A stretch of 63,245 nucleotides of DNA, filler included, from Lenisia limosa (lineage: Eukaryota; Protista; Breviatea): NCBI GenBank assembly GCA_001655205.1. It is 12 parts of 12 records of this genome, joined end to end, with 100 filler letters (N's around TTAATTAATTAA, not from the genome) between each part and the next. Parts side by side here need not be neighbours in the genome. Positions count along the whole stretch, not along the records: positions 34,026 to 42,614 come from LPNZ01004833.1; positions 42,715 to 44,929 come from LPNZ01001723.1; positions 45,030 to 48,127 come from LPNZ01011492.1; 9 more parts are not named here. One strand, written 5' to 3'. The translations under genes were made by a program, and so were the position numbers. The first letter of the stretch is position 1. Each line of letters opens with the position of its first letter. The notes under the pieces were generated by a model. The model was not told where the DNA came from. It saw nothing but the letters and a program-made list of their open reading frames with translations, and did no database searches. Below are positions 36,320 to 48,227 of this stretch, one piece after another.

Positions 36320-36693
36320 TTACTTGCCCTTCTTCTTGATCTTCTCCTTGTTCTTGGTACCGCGGACCATGATACCCTAAGGGGAGTAAGTAAGGCCTTG
36401 TACAATTAAAAGCAAACCTCAGTAGTGGTATCTCCGTGGATTTCTCTGAGGTTGATGACCTTATCCTCTTCAAAGGGGATTTTGGGGTGTTTGGCCTCCC
36501 AATGAAGCTTCATTCCAGGGATAGAGGGTGCAGCGGTTCCACAGTGGGGGCATTGGTACTTGCTATGTCCAGCAGCACCTCCACGACGATCAGCAAGACC
36601 AGCAGATCCTCCACCAACGTTAGCACTTGCTAACTTAGCACGCTCAGCAAGCTGCTTTGAAGAGTGGTGAGTAGGCTTCGCCTTACGAGGCAT
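36320..36693 (-). CDS. MBS1: METHYLENE BLUE SENSITIVITY 1-like small C2H2 zinc-finger protein (110 aa, 2 exons)
   Basis: MPRKAKPTHHSSKQLAERAKLASANVGGGSAGLADRRGGAAGHSKYQCPHCGTAAPSIPGMKLHWEAKHPKIPFEEDKVINLREIHGDTTTE|GIMVRGTKNKEKIKKKGK*. It aligns along its length with plant/Chlamydomonas MBS as recalled (KAKP..H..K, GGG.AG.ADR, GH.KY.CPHC, H.E.KHP, RG..K). Exons are 36418-36693 and 36320-36376, with a 41-nt intron. Confidence 0.85.
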
Positions 36694-36870
36694 AATGTAC
36701 GTAAATCGTTGTAAAAAGGGTTGAAACTTGAAAATTTTGAGGAAAAAGGAAAAAGCGGCCATTTAAATCCGAGCATATACACTAAAGCATCCAAATAGAG
36801 TGCGAATATCACTGTTTCACTGGTTGAATATTGTGTAAAATTTAATAGCATATTCATACAAGGAGGCAAT
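36694..36870. promoter_or_regulatory. Short (177 bp) divergent intergenic region, probable bidirectional promoter
   Basis: The MBS1-like ATG (36693, minus) and the next gene's ATG (36871, plus) are head-to-head on the same contig. Confidence 0.55.
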
Positions 36871-39800
36871 ATGGCTCAAAAGTGTCTAGGGTTGGAGGAA
36901 TTCTCTAACATGGAAAAGTAAGTACCTTTCCTCGCCCTTACTCCTACAGACAGTTTAAATCATTGCAAAACATTTCAGTTGCCTTCAAAAGTGCGGTTGC
37001 AAGTCTTCCCCCGTCCGTCATCCCTGAGTCTTACCTGAGACAACCAGGCTTCACTCCGCTCCCCAACAAGGGTGGACATGCTATAACCCACGAGTCAAAG
37101 ATCGATGAAGAGCCACCAGAAGAAGCAGCGGAGGGTTGGATTCACGACGTTGGCTGGCTGAGGCCTGGCGTATCGATCACGAACCAGGCGATCGATGCCT
37201 CTTTTCGCCGCAACAAGCTGAAGTTCGACCTCATGACGGTGGGAGTGTTGGCTGTTAACAGTGTAGGTCAACACGAAGGAACAGTTCCTCTTGCATCTTC
37301 TGGAGGATGAGCCGTTCTCATCGGAGTTCTCAGCGCTCAACCCTGGTTTGATGGACATGTCGTGGCGTGATAACGGTTTTCAAACGGCTGGTTATGTATG
37401 ATGACAACGAATGCGGCATTCAACTGAAATAAGAGCACTGTTGAATTGAGTTTGTAATTAAGAGGGATCAAGACGGGTGTTGAATGTTGACACTGTANNN
37501 NNNNNNNNNNNNNNNNNNNNNNNNNNNNNNNNNNNNNNNNNNNNNNNNNNNNNNNNNNNNNNNNNNNNNNNNNNNNNNNNNNNNNNNNNNNNNNNNNNNN
37601 NNNNNNNNNNNNNNNNNNNNNNNNNNNNNNNNNNNNNNNNNNNNNNNNNNNNNNNNNNNNNAGTGAGGAGGTTTAATTGGGGGCTGGTGATGAGTACAAA
37701 CCAAAGGTGAACATTGGGTGATGGCCATGCTTTCTCTCTATATGTATACTATATGCATAGAGTAATGGAAATAAAAAAAAAAAGGTTGTATCTGGCCGAA
37801 NNNNNNNNNNNNNNNNNNNNNNNNNNNNNNNNNNNNNNNNNNNNNNNNNNNNNNNNNNNNNNNNNNNNNNNNNNNNNNNNNNNNNNCTGAACAAGCAGCT
37901 TTCTGCTTACCTCCCATGTTTGGAATTATTCTAAATTGGGACCTTATTTTTCAAGACTGCTGAATTATCGGTTCAATCTGAATCGTTAGCAACATTTACC
38001 TGACCATTGCAGGACAGGAAGACTCTGAAAAGGCTCTGTCCGATGCCATTAAGAAGTGTGACCAGATACGCGAGGCAGTTGTCGGCAATATCAGCACGCT
38101 ATCCAATGGTTGGAGGAGGTGTTGAATTTAACACTAACTCTCATGACACCGCTTTTCTTCTCTTTTTGAAACACTTCTCATTTTGTTTGCTTTATCCTCC
38201 TGTGTGGCATTATCATTGTATGGGATATACCAAGATATGATATCACATACATTTGACATATGATACCTTAAGTGGTTGTCTTCAGCCTTATACTGCCTTT
38301 ATTTCTACATATTGTGATTTTCCTAGTGTACGAACAGAATCTTGAGTTAGTGGACAGCCTTACAGATCTCTTCCAATCCCTGAGTTCCCAAGTTTGAAGG
38401 ATTTCCTTATCAATATTGTCTAACGGTACATTTTATGTACAATAGACAACCTTGGTATCCCAATATAAGCGTGATGGTGTGGATAGCTTTGGCCAGATAC
38501 AAATTTGCTATAATTTCTCAATCTATATATCCAGCCTACACACTGTGCTTCCAAACAACTGGATCTACCAAATTCCCTATAATATCGCTTTGTTTTTGGA
38601 TTCACATTGGAACCCCAGTCACAGGGCTTCCATTTGGTTTAAAAGAGTAAACTATCGATTATTGAATTTCTTACAATTCCATTTGGTTGAAGTACCTCTT
38701 CCTTTCTTTTTTTGCTGCTAATTATGGGTTCTTGAATTATGAATGAGCTTCTGTCGCAGTAGTTTCAGAAGTGATATCTTATTCCAATCGTCCTCTCACT
38801 ACCGCTAGGAAATAGCACCTACAGAGCAGGTCAAAGACATTCAGAAAGCCGAGGTGACCCTAGGCCAAGCCAGAACAAACCTTGCTAAAGTGGTGCGTTG
38901 GGAGTGGTTATCTAACAAAACGTGAGGAAGAGTATAATATACACATTGTATTGCATATTACGCTAAGTATACAACAGGTTTATAGGTTATTAAGTATACA
39001 ACAGGTTAATAGGTTATTACGGATACCATTCCATTCAATGATGGATATGGTTGAGTTGGGCAGAAAAGTTATTCTTGTAGAGGAGGGAAGAGGTCAAAGT
39101 ATTGGTCGAAGCTGCAACGAAGGAGAATGAGACGGATCGGCTACGCAATGAGCTTTCTCGAAAGTTGGATGGAGAGAACTGCTTTACGATTCGTTTTTCG
39201 TCATTTCAATAACCGTCCCTTTTTCTTGTATTCAGTTCAATTGTCCATACTGTCCCCACTCCGTCTCCTTTGATGGGATGCGGNNNNNNNNNNNNNNNNN
39301 NNNNNNNNNNNNNNNNNNNNNNNNNNNNNNNNNNNNNNNNNNNNNNNNNNNNNNNNNNNNNNNNNNNNNNNNNNNNNNNNNNNNNNNNNNNNNNNNNNNN
39401 NNNNNNNNNNNNNNNNNNNNNNNNNNNNNNNNNNNNNNNNNNNNNNNNNNNNNNNNNNTGTTTGAAAGTGAAAAGCGTCTCCATTCCTCGAGAGAAGACC
39501 GGGACAAACTGGTACAGTAAGAGGGGGCAAACAAGAAGATCATTCCGAGGATAGAATGGTGAAACTACATATATGTGAAGAAGGAAATTGTTTTTTGGTA
39601 TGAAAAAGGAAAAACTCCGAAGACAAAAAAGGGGGGGGGGGAGTATCTTGGCTACAGCTAAAGATTATTTACTTTTCAGAATTACAGAATTCAACGACGT
39701 GCTACAAAAGGTGGGGTTGGGATGACACCCCAAAAAGGAATCGATATTCCTTGATCTTTAACATTTCACCAGTCTGGGAAAAACTGCTCTGATTAATTGA

Positions 39801-42594
39801 ATAATTGGTGATTTTGGCAGATGAATGGAGTGCAAGTCGTGACGCTCGAGGAGGACCTGGTCGAACTTATTGTTTTGCCCCTTTTTCAGCCTCAAGCTCC
39901 AATGTAGGGCTTTTTGTTGATAATGTGGAATTTTATAAATTTATAACACGCAGGTTATGATAATTTTCTTTTGATAGTCTAGGGAGCTGAAGAACCTGGA
40001 GCTTTCCATTCAGTTCTCAAATTCAAAACTCAGTAATATTCTCGTAAGCTGGGGATTATGATGCAATTATGAGACTCTTCCCTTTTCTCAATGTCTGCTA
40101 GAGTGTAAGGCAAATGATTGGGTGAAATAGTATTACTATACTATAATCCATTACAAGCATGATGTGTGGACGGCTTCGACCATAATCCAATATCTCTTTT
40201 AGTGTGTGGACGGCTTCAGTCAGGTACAACCTTGCTTTATTTCTCATTGCTACATATTTTATGATAGAGATCTTTTCCATGAGCCGTCATTTTACATTAT
40301 ACTCCCAAACTTCAGGGTATTATATATTACAATGAGAATAAAAAATAAGGATGTATTTGGCCGAAGCCGTCTACAGCATCACGCTTATAACGGATATTAG
40401 ATTAAAGTATAATATTAATCCACCCAATCATTTGCCTTACAACTCTGTGCCAGCTTTCTGCGTGCCTTCCCAGCATTGCTAATGTGGCAATATTATGACC
40501 CCCCCCCCCCCNNNNNNNNNNNNNNNNNNNNNNNNNNNNNNNNNNNNNNNNNNNNNNNNNNNNNNNNNNNNNNNNNNNNNNNNNNNNNNNNNNNNNNNNN
40601 NNNGACTCCCAGCAAGCCAAGGACTGCCAACGCCTGGGTGTGTTTTCAGTCGGAATTCAATTGGCTATTCAATTCAAATTAGATTTCAACGTTTCCAATT
40701 ATATTTTGATACCGGAGTTAGCAACCCTCGTGTGTTGTCAGCCAACAGAGTTGATTTTGAGCATTTTTGTTTTAAAAATTTCCCATATTACTCACCCCCC
40801 CTCAGTTGAGCTTGCACTGAGCAAAGGGCACGTCATCCATTTAATCCATGAATGGCGCGCGGCGTTGTCGCGAACAACAGCCATTTCCTACGCTTTCACA
40901 GAGCTCAGCAAATCGTGGGGTGAAATAAAAGAAAATAGATTATTGGCCTGAGGGGGGGGGGGTTATAAAAGAANNNNNNNNNNNNNNNNNNNNNNNNNNN
41001 NNNNNNNNNNNNNNNNNNNNNNNNNNNNNNNNNNNNNNNNNNNNNNNNNNNNNNNNNNNNNNNNNNNNNNNNNNNNNNNNNNNNNNNNNNGATATCGGGT
41101 TATTACCTGAAAGATCAATATTGTGTGAAACCAACCTTCGATGTTGATATGATGGAAAAATTAGAAGATGCTTGATCCAGAACCCCAATCAAAACATAAA
41201 GGGGGAGGCTGAGCTGTATGCTTGATAGTGAGAGAAGGGGAGGTGATTTGCCTGCTTGATAGTGAGAGAATGGGAGGCTGAGCTGTATGCTTGATAGTGA
41301 GAGAATGGGAGGCTGAGCTGTATGCTTGATAGTGAGAGAAGGGGAGGCTGAGCTGTATGCTTGATAGTGAGAGAAGGGAAGAGGGGCACTTTGTGCTCAA
41401 GCTTATGGGGAAAAACCCTTTTTGGTGAACCCCTTGTTCAGTTTCCTCTTTCACCCTCCAGATTTTCGGTAGCGAAGGAGGCCGACTACTTCCTTATCGG
41501 GACTAAATCTGGTTGGAGGATAATAAAAAATATTGGAATAAAACCCTGGTACCCAGGGAAGACTTAGATATTTTGAAAGGGAGCCTTGAAAAGGGTTTTT
41601 CACAAGGGGCTACGGGAACAGTCTTGATGACAGTCCCAATTCCAATGCCAATGCTTTCATTTCGAAGTTTGAAAGCAGTTATCTCAGTAACCTCTGAACG
41701 AGTAGGGCATAAGCTCCGAGCCACCTTCAGCTCTCTGTACCCAACCATCCCGGCAGATTTGCAACTTGAAGACAAGAAGAGATCCGCAAGGATAACGAAG
41801 CCGGCCCTGGTTTGTTGGGGGGTTTTAGGCCTGGTTTGTTGGGGGGTTTTAGGGCTTTTCAGTAGCGAGTTTTGTCGAGGTTGTAGATGTTTTCTTTTTG
41901 AGAAGCAGGGGGAAGATATTGCCTTTTAACATATTGTATCTTCAAGTAGAGAGTTTCATTTTGATTCCAAAAACCGGGGGATTTATTAAAAACCAAGACT
42001 ATTTACCGTGGTAATGTGATGACAGGTTTCACATGTATTGCATATCATATAATAGATGATTATTACAAGAGGCTGTTTGGTTTGAGGAAATATCATATGC
42101 AATCACTCTTTTGTAAGACCGCTAAGATTAAAGATTTATCGGAAATGCACAGTTTTGTTGACCCCCCCAGGCCGAAGCTCAAAAGCAAGACTGTGTCATT
42201 AAAGCAGTAGAGACCTTCGACCACACCTTCGCTAAGCTGTCATGAGCCCCATTTTCTCATTTCTTTTGATATTTTGTTCCTTCCTGATTTCATTTGTCTT
42301 GTATTATTTATTCTATTCTTTTTGTGTGTTTTTTTTTGAGAGCTTAGCAGTTGACCTGGGGTATTTTGAGTGTCTTGATATTAAGATTGTCTCAAGATAA
42401 AATGAGACCCCTTTGAAGCAATCAAGAAGTGAGACGCCCCTCACCCCACCCCTATGAAACAATAAAATAAGAAATGTATTCATCGGAGGCGGAGGGGCCA
42501 AGCCTCGGCCGCCGGATATGGGGGGTCTAGAGCACGTCCTCGTCTTCGCGCAGGCCGTTCTTAATTCGAAGCAGCATAGTGGTCTTCCAGGTGT
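36871..42594 (+). CDS. Large multi-exon alpha-helical protein, uncharacterised (only weak, unconfirmed resemblance to dynein heavy-chain N-terminal regions); 3' truncated
   Basis: MAQKCLGLEEFSNME|KQFKSLQNISVAFK..KLKFDLMT|VNTKEQFLLHLLEDEPF.., GQEDSEKALSDAIKKCDQIREAVVGN, EIAPTEQVKDIQKAEVTLGQARTNLAK, RREEVKVLVEAATKENETDRLRNELSRK, VELALSKGHVIHLIHEWRAALSRTTAISYAFTELSKS. Confidence 0.6.
41195..41378. repeat. ~38-bp minisatellite (about 5 copies), intronic
   Basis: Unit GGGAGGCTGAGCTGTATGCTTGATAGTGAGAGAA(T/G). Confidence 0.9.
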
Positions 42595-43099
42595 CAAGCT
42601 GGGGGGGGGGGGGGNNNNNNNNNNNNNNNNNNNNNNNNNNNNNNNNNNNNNNNNNNNNTTAATTAATTAANNNNNNNNNNNNNNNNNNNNNNNNNNNNNN
42701 NNNNNNNNNNNNNNTAGAGATGCGAAAAAAAAAATAAGGTTGGAATTGGCTGAGGCGGTACACACTCTCACGCTGAACAGAGATATTGAATTATAGTAAA
42801 ATACTAATTTCTAGGGCTCCGTGCTAATAATTGTATAAAGGAATTAATTGACAAAATGTGAAATTAAAGTGTCTCTGAAATTGAGTTTACATTACAATAT
42901 GTCCTACTTCTTGGTAATTTATTATTCAATTACTTGGACGGAGCCCGACTAATTACAACAGATGGGAGGGGGAAAGTAGTACTTGAGGTTAAGAGCAGGA
43001 TGTCACTTCGGTTCGAAAAAGACCTGTAAAACATCGATAATCTTCGAGGATTTATCAAGAAATTCAGTCTTATTTTTATACTCATCGAAATTTCCTTCG

Positions 43100-44729
43100 A
43101 TCACCCCCCTCCAACCTGTTCAAGAAAAGGGAAGGCAACAAAGGACACGAAACCGACTTGGGTCTAAGAGGTGAGAAAATGGAGGCCGAAAAATTATGAA
43201 ACAAAAAAAAACCAAAATCAAATAAATAATTATATCATATCTAATAATACTAACTCTATCTAATATACAAAATCAAATAAATAATCAAAAAAATTGAAGA
43301 AACACACGAGGGTTGAGAACAACAACACAAACAAAGTCCAGGCCAGTCGCTTTTGCGGCACCGTATCCGAGGAGGGGGGTAGGTGGGATCTCTAAGCACG
43401 TAAATCACCCCCTCTCCTATTAGGGCTTCACTTCGGTTCGAAAAAGAAGACTAAAATATCGATAGTATTCGAGGATTTATCGAGAAATTCAGTCTTTTTT
43501 TTTGAAGTGAAGCCCCATTTATGATGTATTTTGGCTTTATCCCCCCTCCCCCCACGGAAGGTCTGTAGTGGTCTTGGAACTTCATGAAGGCGATGGGGTC
43601 CCAACCACGCGAGGCTTCCGCGTTGCCTTGCCGACAAACTTCGATACGCAAACGCGCAGCCCAGTCCTTCGCGCGATGGAATGGCTGTGGGGTTAGGGGG
43701 GGGGGGGNNNNNNNNNNNNNNNNNNNNNNNNNNNNNNNNNNNNNNNNNNNNNNNNNNNNNNNNNNNNNNNNNNNNNNNNNNNNNNNNNNNNNNNNNNNNN
43801 NNNNNNNNNNNNNNNNNNNNNNNNNNNNNNNNNNNNNNNNNNNNNNNNNNNNNNNNNNNNNNNNNNNCGATATCGGCGAACTTGAGTAGCAACTTGCACC
43901 ATAGTCTGGAGTTGCCACATAGCAAAGACGGCTGTAGAGTAGGGGGTGAGTAAAACTGGAAATTTTATGAAAATAAGAACAAAAGTCCCGCGCTGTATAG
44001 TCCTAAATTTGCATCGTTTCCCTCGTCTTTGCTCCAATACTTTGTTTGTTTTTTTTCCCCTTCAAAAAAACAACCCAGTACCTGTATGCTAAAGTCAGCA
44101 AGCGGCCCATGGTCCTCCGCGAGGGGCGGAGAGGAGCTCGGGGTCCCGCCTTGGGGAGTATCGATGCTCACAATCATGTCCTTGCCTGCGGAGGTGCGTG
44201 ACGCGAACGGGGCTGGGCTGCGGGGAGTGAAATGAAGGAAATTTTGATGAAGAATATTGGCGTAAAGGGACTAATCACGAACTGAATAACCAGAAACTCC
44301 AAACACACAAAAAACAAAAAAAAAACAAGCAATAACAAACACGAGCAACCAACGCTAAATAGGCAAAAGCCAGAGTAAAATTGGAAAAATTTTGACATAA
44401 AAATGGACTGAGGGGGTGAATTTGGAAAATGTATGCGGAGGAGGGGGGGTGAGAGAAAAATTGGAAAATATATTCAACAAAACAATCCCAAGGTACACGA
44501 AGAAAAGAGTATCAAAACATCCCGTAGGAGGCATAGTAATTTGTTTTTGGTATCCCTATGTATTTATTTGTTTCCCTAGATTTCTAATGTATTATATAAT
44601 TTCTCTTGTCAAAAAACATACCATACTCCATAAAGAAACCCTTTTTTTAACATACCTAGGGGTGTTCTTGCGACTCGTCTCTAAGGTGCTGAGAGCCTCC
44701 TCGACTTCCTTCATAAACGCTCCGTGCAT
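43100..44729 (-). CDS. Class I cyclic-nucleotide phosphodiesterase, catalytic-domain C-terminal half (partial)
   Basis: MHGAFMKEVEEAL..|..LWCKLLLKFADI..|PFHRAKDWAARLRIEVCRQGNAEASRGWDPIAFM..|TQVGFVSFVAFPFLNRL follows the PDEase_I pattern K.ADISN..RP.....W...l..E...QG..E...G.......Q.GF..F...P. Confidence 0.88.
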
Positions 44730-45029
44730 CTGTGGGGGTAAATAGAGATGGAAAATTGATGAAACAAAAAAAAAAGCCCAAAATCAACTCTGTTGGCTGA
44801 CAACACACAAGGGTTAATAACAACAAAAATAAAGCCCAGGCCAGTCGCTTCCGCATCCCATCATTCCGACGTACGTGAAAATGAAAAATATATGAATCGC
44901 CCTTTGGACAAACATTTTTTAAAAATAACNNNNNNNNNNNNNNNNNNNNNNNNNNNNNNNNNNNNNNNNNNNNTTAATTAATTAANNNNNNNNNNNNNNN
45001 NNNNNNNNNNNNNNNNNNNNNNNNNNNNN

Positions 45030-47680
45030 TTTCTGTTCCGGAACGCCCATTCCACTATCCGACACTTCGATAAGCAGGTTGACCTAAAAAGGCTCAATAA
45101 GGGATTTCTTTGTTGGGAGAAGGAAATAACCGGGTTCCGGCACCTAAGGGTATATTAATAGCAGTTTCCCTTGATAAGTGAAATAGGATTTCTTTGATGG
45201 GTGAAAGAAAAATTTTCGAGATTTCCTTGACAAGGAAGCCTACTACCTTGGGCATATTAGGAAGCCTACTTACCTTATAGGGGCCGGTTTGCTCGGAAGC
45301 CTCGTTCTCCACACTCGCTTTGAACCATGATAATGCGTCCTCAAAAACAGTTTCTTGGGGGTGCGAGACCTGTGATGGGGAGGGGGGTAATATCATTGTT
45401 ATTTAACTGTATGTGTGGTTTTTCACTTCGGTTAGAAAAAAACGGTAAAATATAAATAGTTCTCGAGGATATCGAGAAATTCAGTCAGAATTGAAGCCCA
45501 TTTTCACTCCAATTTTTCCTTCGAAATTCCCTTCAACCCCCCTTATACCTTATACTGGAAGTCTTCAACAGAGCTTTTACCCCTAGTCCGACACCCGTAG
45601 CTATGACTTCTCCCCCGAGTTTCATTGGGAGAGACTCGTAATCGTGTAAATGACTGACTTCGGGCCCTGTTGCGGTAAAGCAGGAAAGAAAGGAGGGCGG
45701 ATCAGCTCCGCCCATAATCAACTCTTTTGGATAAACCCATTATCAACTCTTTAGGATAACCCATAGTCAGCTCTTTTGGAGAGCATAAGGGTTGAAAACA
45801 CCAAAAAAAAAAAAAAAAAACCCNNNNNNNNNNNNNNNNNNNNNNNNNNNNNNNNNNNNNNNNNNNNNNNNNNNNNNNNNNNNNNNNNNNNNNNNNNNNN
45901 NNNNNNNNATACTCCGCTCAAGCAGCTTTGGTGATGTCGTGGACAAAGCGGCAGTAGGGGTTGATAGCGACGAAGCGGAAATGATTTTCGGGGGCACGAA
46001 ATCTTGCACGCACTGGCTTACGTACACGCGAATCATGCCAGATTGTGTGAATTTCACGGCGTTTCCAACTACGGTACGGGGAGGGGAGAGGTAAAAGGGG
46101 AAAATTTATGAAACAAAAAAAAAAAAACCCCAAAATCAACTCTGTGGCTTGCCACACAAGAAGGTTGATAACAGCAAAACAAACAAAGCCAGGCCAGTCG
46201 CTTCTACAGNNNNNNNNNNNNNNNNNNNNNNNNNNNNNNNNNNNNNNNNNNNNNNNNNNNNNNNNNNNNNNNNNNNNNNNNNNNNNNNNNNNNNNNNNNN
46301 NNNNNNNNNNNNNNNNNNNNNNNNNNNNNNNNNNNNNNNNNNNNNNNNNNNNNNNNNNNNNNNNNNNNNNNNNNNNNNNNNNNNNNNNNNNNNNNNNNNN
46401 NNNNNNNNACAATTTCGGGGAGATTTTGGTCGAAGTGACTGATCAAACTCAGTCCTTTCCTATGTGCTTGGAGAGCGAAAGGCTGAATAGCATCCTCGAT
46501 TGTGGCCTGGAGGGGGGGATGAGTGTTGTTTCTGTTTGGAGGGAAGGGGAGTAATTGGAAAATTTATGAAAAAATAAAAGCCCAAAACCAACTCTGTTGG
46601 TTGACAACACACAAGGATTGATCACAACAAAACNNNNNNNNNNNNNNNNNNNNNNNNNNNNNNNNNNNNNNNNNNNNNNNNNNNNNNNNNNNNNNNNNNN
46701 NNNNNNNNNNNNNNTTCCATCGATGAAAGGTCCACACACATCCATTCCAATTATCATCAATTGCTCAAAACATCCTTCGTTTTAACCATGACCAACATAA
46801 TTAAAAATAAAACACAAAACAAAAAAAAAAAACAATCAAATTCAAAAAAAAAAAACTAAACCCTCANNNNNNNNNNTCCGTCATTGAAAGGTCCATTCTT
46901 CCCGCGGCCGCGCGCGATAGGTCCAAAATATCGTTAACCACGTGCAGAAGCTGGGCTCCTGGGGGAGGGGGAGTGAAATGGATTTCCTAATAAGGTAAGT
47001 ATGATTCCAAATAAGGTAAGTAGGCTTCCAAATAAGGTAAGTAGGCTTCCAAATATGGATGTAATAACACACCAATACCCCCCCCCCCCCNNNNNNNNNN
47101 NNNNNNNNNNNNNNNNNNNNNNNNNNNNNNNNNNNNNNNNNNNNNNNNNNNNNNNNNNNNNNNNNNNNNNNNNNNNNNNNNNNNNNNNNNNNNNNNNNNN
47201 NNNNNNNNNNNNNNNNNNNNNNAACTCGGTTAACAGCATTAGTTCCGTCATTCCCACAACAGCATTCAGAGGCGAGCGGAGCTCGTGTGATAGTTGTGAC
47301 AGAAATTGAGACGTGGATTTGGCCGCCTCTTCAGCTGCTCTCTAAGGGGGTAAGGACTGGTTTACGTTGTGATTCCATAAAACTTCCATTAAAGGCAACT
47401 ACTATTTAAGGCAACCACCATTTTCGTCATCCCCTTTTGTAATATAGCCTGCGCCATATAAGGCGACTTCCTACTTGGGCAGTTCGGAGGCGGTGGTTGG
47501 TGTCTTCTAGCTCTTTAGTTCTAAGTAAGACTTTTCCCTCCATATGACGGTTTGCCTGGAGAGTGGTGCATGAGGTTAGATAAAAACAAAACTTATATTA
47601 CCAAGCCTCCCCCCTCCCTCGCACACACACACCACCATAATCATCATCATCATCATCATCATCACCACCATCACCACCAT

Positions 47681-47712
<32 letters not shown>

Positions 47713-48026
47713 CCACCATCACCACCATAATCATCATCATCATCANNNNNNNNNNNNNNNNNNNNNNNNNNNNNNNNNNNNNNNNNNNNNNNNNNNNNNN
47801 NNNNNNNNNNNNNNNNNNNNNNNNNNNNNNNNNNNNNNNNNNNNNNNNNNNNNNNNNNNNNNNNNNNNNNNNNNNNNNNNNNNNNNNNNNNNNNNNNNNN
47901 NACCATAATCATCATCACCACCACTACCATCGTCATCACCCCCGGGCACCATAGCTAGGGCTTCCTTTGAAGCGGTGTCATTGACGCGTTGCAAGATGGA
48001 GCTTGTGTCCATGGTCCGTCTTGACC
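45030..48026 (-). CDS. Sensor histidine kinase (HisKA + HATPase_c), partial
   Basis: RAAEEAAKSTSQFLSQLSHELRSPLNAVVGMTELM (H box), QLLHVVNDILDLSRAAAGRMDL, ALQAHRKGLSLISHFDQNLPEI, VGNAVKFTQSGMIRV (N box) and VNLLIEVSDSGMGVPEQK (G1 box). Confidence 0.92.
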
Positions 48027-48227
48027 TGGGGGAGGTGACATAATTCTTGCATACTATGTAGAGATAAGAAATAGGAAATATTCAATATTGGATTATTTAA
48101 TCATATCAACAGCACCCCCCCCCCCCANNNNNNNNNNNNNNNNNNNNNNNNNNNNNNNNNNNNNNNNNNNNTTAATTAATTAANNNNNNNNNNNNNNNNN
48201 NNNNNNNNNNNNNNNNNNNNNNNNNNN

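Noticed and set aside
43100-44729. RhoGEF DH domain (first impression from MHGAFMKEVEEAL)
   Set aside because: Downstream exons give the clear PDEase motifs KFADI, W..L..E..QG and QVGF..F..P.
47552-47939. Poly-His / poly-Asp ORFs (also 28612-28849)
   Set aside because: These are CAT/CAC microsatellites inside introns of the histidine kinase and protease genes.
42714-48127. Phosphodiesterase next to a histidine kinase, resembling a clustered DhkA/RegA-type phosphorelay
   Set aside because: An artificial linker at 44974-44985 separates them, so the adjacency is not evidence of linkage.
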